DNA of 63,499 bases, the filler included, from Collodictyon triciliatum (Eukaryota), in NCBI GenBank assembly GCA_043381765.1. It is 5 parts of 5 records of this genome, joined end to end, with 100 filler letters (N's around TTAATTAATTAA, not from the genome) between each part and the next. Parts side by side here need not be neighbours in the genome. Positions count along the whole stretch, not along the records: positions 54,115 to 63,499 come from JBHJMP010001931.1; 4 more parts are not named here. The stretch is one strand, 5' to 3'. Of this stretch, positions 60,600 through 63,499 are shown in pieces. Made by a program: the position numbers and the translations under genes. The notes under the pieces were generated by a model, which saw only the letters and a program-made list of their open reading frames with translations, searched no databases and was not told the DNA's origin. Within the stretch, counting starts at the first letter, position 1; every line of letters starts with the position of its first letter.

Positions 60600-62454
60600 C
60601 TTTGTTGAGTTTATTTTGAGCGCTGTTAAAGTCCGTTGTCAAGAATACACTTTTTTTGCTTTCTGAGCGATTGCATTCTTTGCACATGAGAGATCTAAAC
60701 ACGTTTTTTGAGTTTCCTTTCAGTTTCATATTTTCCAGTTCTTTTTCGCAGTTACAACACATCTTAGAGGTCTAAATTCATTTACACTAACTGTTTCAAA
60801 TCGTTTGGATAGTATTTTTCGTAATCCTCCTCCGATTGATGGCATAAAATGTTTCACCTGACATTTTCTGCTCCAGTCTCCATACGCCAGAACAACATCA
60901 TTACCAAATGCCTTTTCGATTCAGCCCATAAACAATGGTTCACTTCTTTTTGTATTAACATACTGTCTCCATCTCATCTTTCGAAAAGTTACTTGTTCAT
61001 AAAATCTGGATAGTTCTATCTGATATCTTGATTTCATAGATACATATTCTCGAAATTTTTCATAATCGACGGTGCATGAATTATGTTTACTCAGTCCCGT
61101 CTCTAAATCGATTAAAGATACTCTTGATGCCTCAAACTGCTGATTCTCATCAAAAGTCATGAGACCAAAAGAAACAGCACTTTGTATATCTGTTGTCATG
61201 CATATACCTGAAGCATTGTACTTTTCTTTTTTCTTCTCGCGCAAGAGTATTTTGTGATTTTTAAGAGGTTTGTTATCATGTCTTGTTTGGTGTGCAGTGT
61301 AACATAATTTCTTACCTGCCTCATCCACCATGGAAACCAAATTAAACTTGCCTGCATCCACTCCAACTATTTTTTTTTTTTTACGCTAATAAACATAACT
61401 GCTCTTCGGAAAGTTCATCTATAGAAACATATTCTTGGGGGTGTTTTTGGTTATATTTGAATCTTGAATTTGAAATACCTTTTTTTTCAAACAATAATGA
61501 CACCACCTAGCCGTCTGTTTGTATCATGTATTTAAAATTATAGTCTCTTTGATGAAAGACTCTCTTCTTCATTTCAAAGAACTTATCTCATAGGGTCTCT
61601 TTGCCTCCAATATATTCTTCATTAATGATGTTTTTCCAGTTGGTACTAATAGATATATCAAACATGCGGTATCTAGAGTAATATGACATGGTATATTGGT
61701 AGTTCTTTTAGGGATTGGTTGGTACTGTTTACGTCCAATGTCCTCAAAAATGCGATTCATGTAAATCAGACATGGAATGTACTTATTTGGATTGACTTTG
61801 ACGTCATACTCGATCCCCTTTACAATATCGCTGGAAATGATACGACGCAAATGCGTTATAGACCATTCTTTATATTGTTCCGGTATTTCGAGATACTTGG
61901 AGATGAATTATTTTTTTTTCAACTTTCGTAACTCTGCCTTTTTAATAGTTTCCGTAATATTCTCATCTTTAGGAACTGTTTTATTTATATAGCGCAGTAG
62001 CCTCTTTACAAAATGTTCCTTAATGTTATTATGATAAGCTTTAACATTTGCTTCGCCAAGTACGGTAATACATGAGACAGTCCAACCAACGGAAAGCGTT
62101 CTTCTCGGGACAGAAGGAATAGAAAATCATTGAGATAAAAAAGTCATCATGTCGATACTCAAACCTGGATGTTTTAATCTTGCGGGTCTATCTTGTGAAA
62201 CTATTCCGACTGTCTTGAAAGCATACAAAAAACAACATTTCATCGATTGTTGGGAGTTGTTGTGATTTCAATATGTAACATCTTGCAAATAAATAGGTGT
62301 GGGTAACCAAGTTATGATACAATAAAACCGTACCGTTGATTTTGTCATAGTCATTCGCATTCTTTACATCCGACTTCAGAGGTGTTTTCACATATCGATA
62401 GTCTGGTTTTACAGACTTTAGATTCTCAGATTCAAGAGGTTTTCTTTTCTTCAT
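60600..62454 (-). pseudogene. Fanzor1 (TnpB-like RNA-guided RuvC nuclease) pseudogene
   Basis: Frame-corrected motifs: KTPLKS..KINGTV..NLVTHTYLF; YHNNIKEHF; YDVKVNP; PIPKRTTNIPCHITLDT; YMIQTDG.VVSLLF; IVGVDAGK (RuvC-I); FRKMRWRQY; AYGDWS; NEF.TSKMCCNC (RuvC-II plus Zn finger); CKEC; TTDFNSAQN (RuvC-III). About five stops and five frameshifts; no introns. Confidence 0.88.
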
Positions 62455-63499
62455 CTGAAAGTCTTCGGTTTACTTTTTCCTTTAGAAAACCACCGATTCA
62501 ATTTTAATAAAACTTAAGTCAATTAGTCAATTTAATAAATTAGTGATAATAAAAACCAAATACATAAAATCAATTTATGTAAAATTAAGCATCTACTGAG
62601 ACTTTCAAAATATGCGAATTGCACAAACAAACACACAAAGTTTTTTATAAGTGATTTGAGACAAAACGCTGAGAGCCGATTCGGCGAGTTCGAAAGGACA
62701 GCCGTGTAGTCATTGCGACTGAAAGTCAACATATCGACCCCAAACAATATGATTACCACCGCAAGTGTGGATAATATGCTTTTTTGAAATGCATGTTTGG
62801 TGGCAGCTTTATAGGGTGGGTTCTGTCTAGGCCAAGGCCACGGGCTTGTTTGTAATTTTTGAATTTTAATGATATTACATAACGGAAAATAAAATGTATA
62901 TTGATTACAGGAATAGAATGATATTAATAAGTATTTTTAATCGTATTATAGTACTAATTATTCAAATCTATTATACAGATTGTTTCTTGGATTCATCAAA
63001 ACTAGCTTTCATCAATCCAGATTTAATTTAATAATTGTCTATGCAATAAACTGCTATATATAAGTACACTATCGTGGCATAAAAAGTGTTGTGGGTTGAA
63101 AGGGATAAAACCAAGTTCGTCACAGCCATTGTGATGAAATTTATCCATTTACAGGCTGAATGAGACTGAAGAGAAAGAAAACGAGAAAGAAAAGGAAAAA
63201 AGGAACGGATGAATGAAACAGAGCAACTAACACTGAGCACTATATTCATACTTATTTTGCTACCCGCGGGTTGATGACTTGAGCCTGATAGGTCTTTTTT
63301 TTATTCCTCCTTATTATATATTATTTATTTGTTTCAAAGAGCTCGCTCCGTCTTATTCGTAGGTTGTTGTACTCACGGGTCGGTGCAGCTGGTGTCTTGA
63401 TCGTTGGTGTGTCTCGATGCATAACCTGCGCTGCGAGGGGAGTGGTCAAGCGACCTTTTCGCTCTCTGGGTTGGCTGCGTCGGCCTTCTCGGTTTGCGT

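Noticed and set aside
62803-62848. GGCCTTGG..CTAG.CAG(A)ACC on the minus strand resembling the H3 region (60470-60492), plus a TATAAAAG box upstream of the Fanzor
   Set aside because: Short gapped match that could be chance; not enough to call a left end, repeat or promoter.
63300-63499. GC-richer stretch at the window edge, possibly a gene end or a partner transposase
   Set aside because: Several short frames are open and there is no recognisable motif.

Overview
Intron-rich, microsatellite-rich eukaryotic (probably protist) DNA. The window is not continuous: five contigs are joined by 100-nt N44-TTAATTAATTAA-N44 spacers. Recognisable spliced genes are HOP2, an ERMP1-like M28 peptidase, RRP45 (exon 1), an LRR protein with two degenerate nucleotide-cyclase domains, copine, a TLC-domain exon, a signal-peptide-bearing prolidase, a bacterial-type M1 aminopeptidase, two ankyrin proteins, a small LRR protein, a TCP11-like protein, PUS1 and a 4-TM membrane protein. 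Most notable: (1) a decayed, intronless Fanzor1 (eukaryotic TnpB-like RNA-guided nuclease) gene at ~60.6-62.45 kb (-), followed by three back-to-back strand-specific hairpins that are a candidate omegaRNA; (2) two families of ultra-short (~20-60 nt) A-tailed insertions flanked by target-site duplications; (3) an intronless protein carrying a Tc1-type DNA-binding domain without a DDE domain. All family assignments are by eye from motifs and exon boundaries are approximate.
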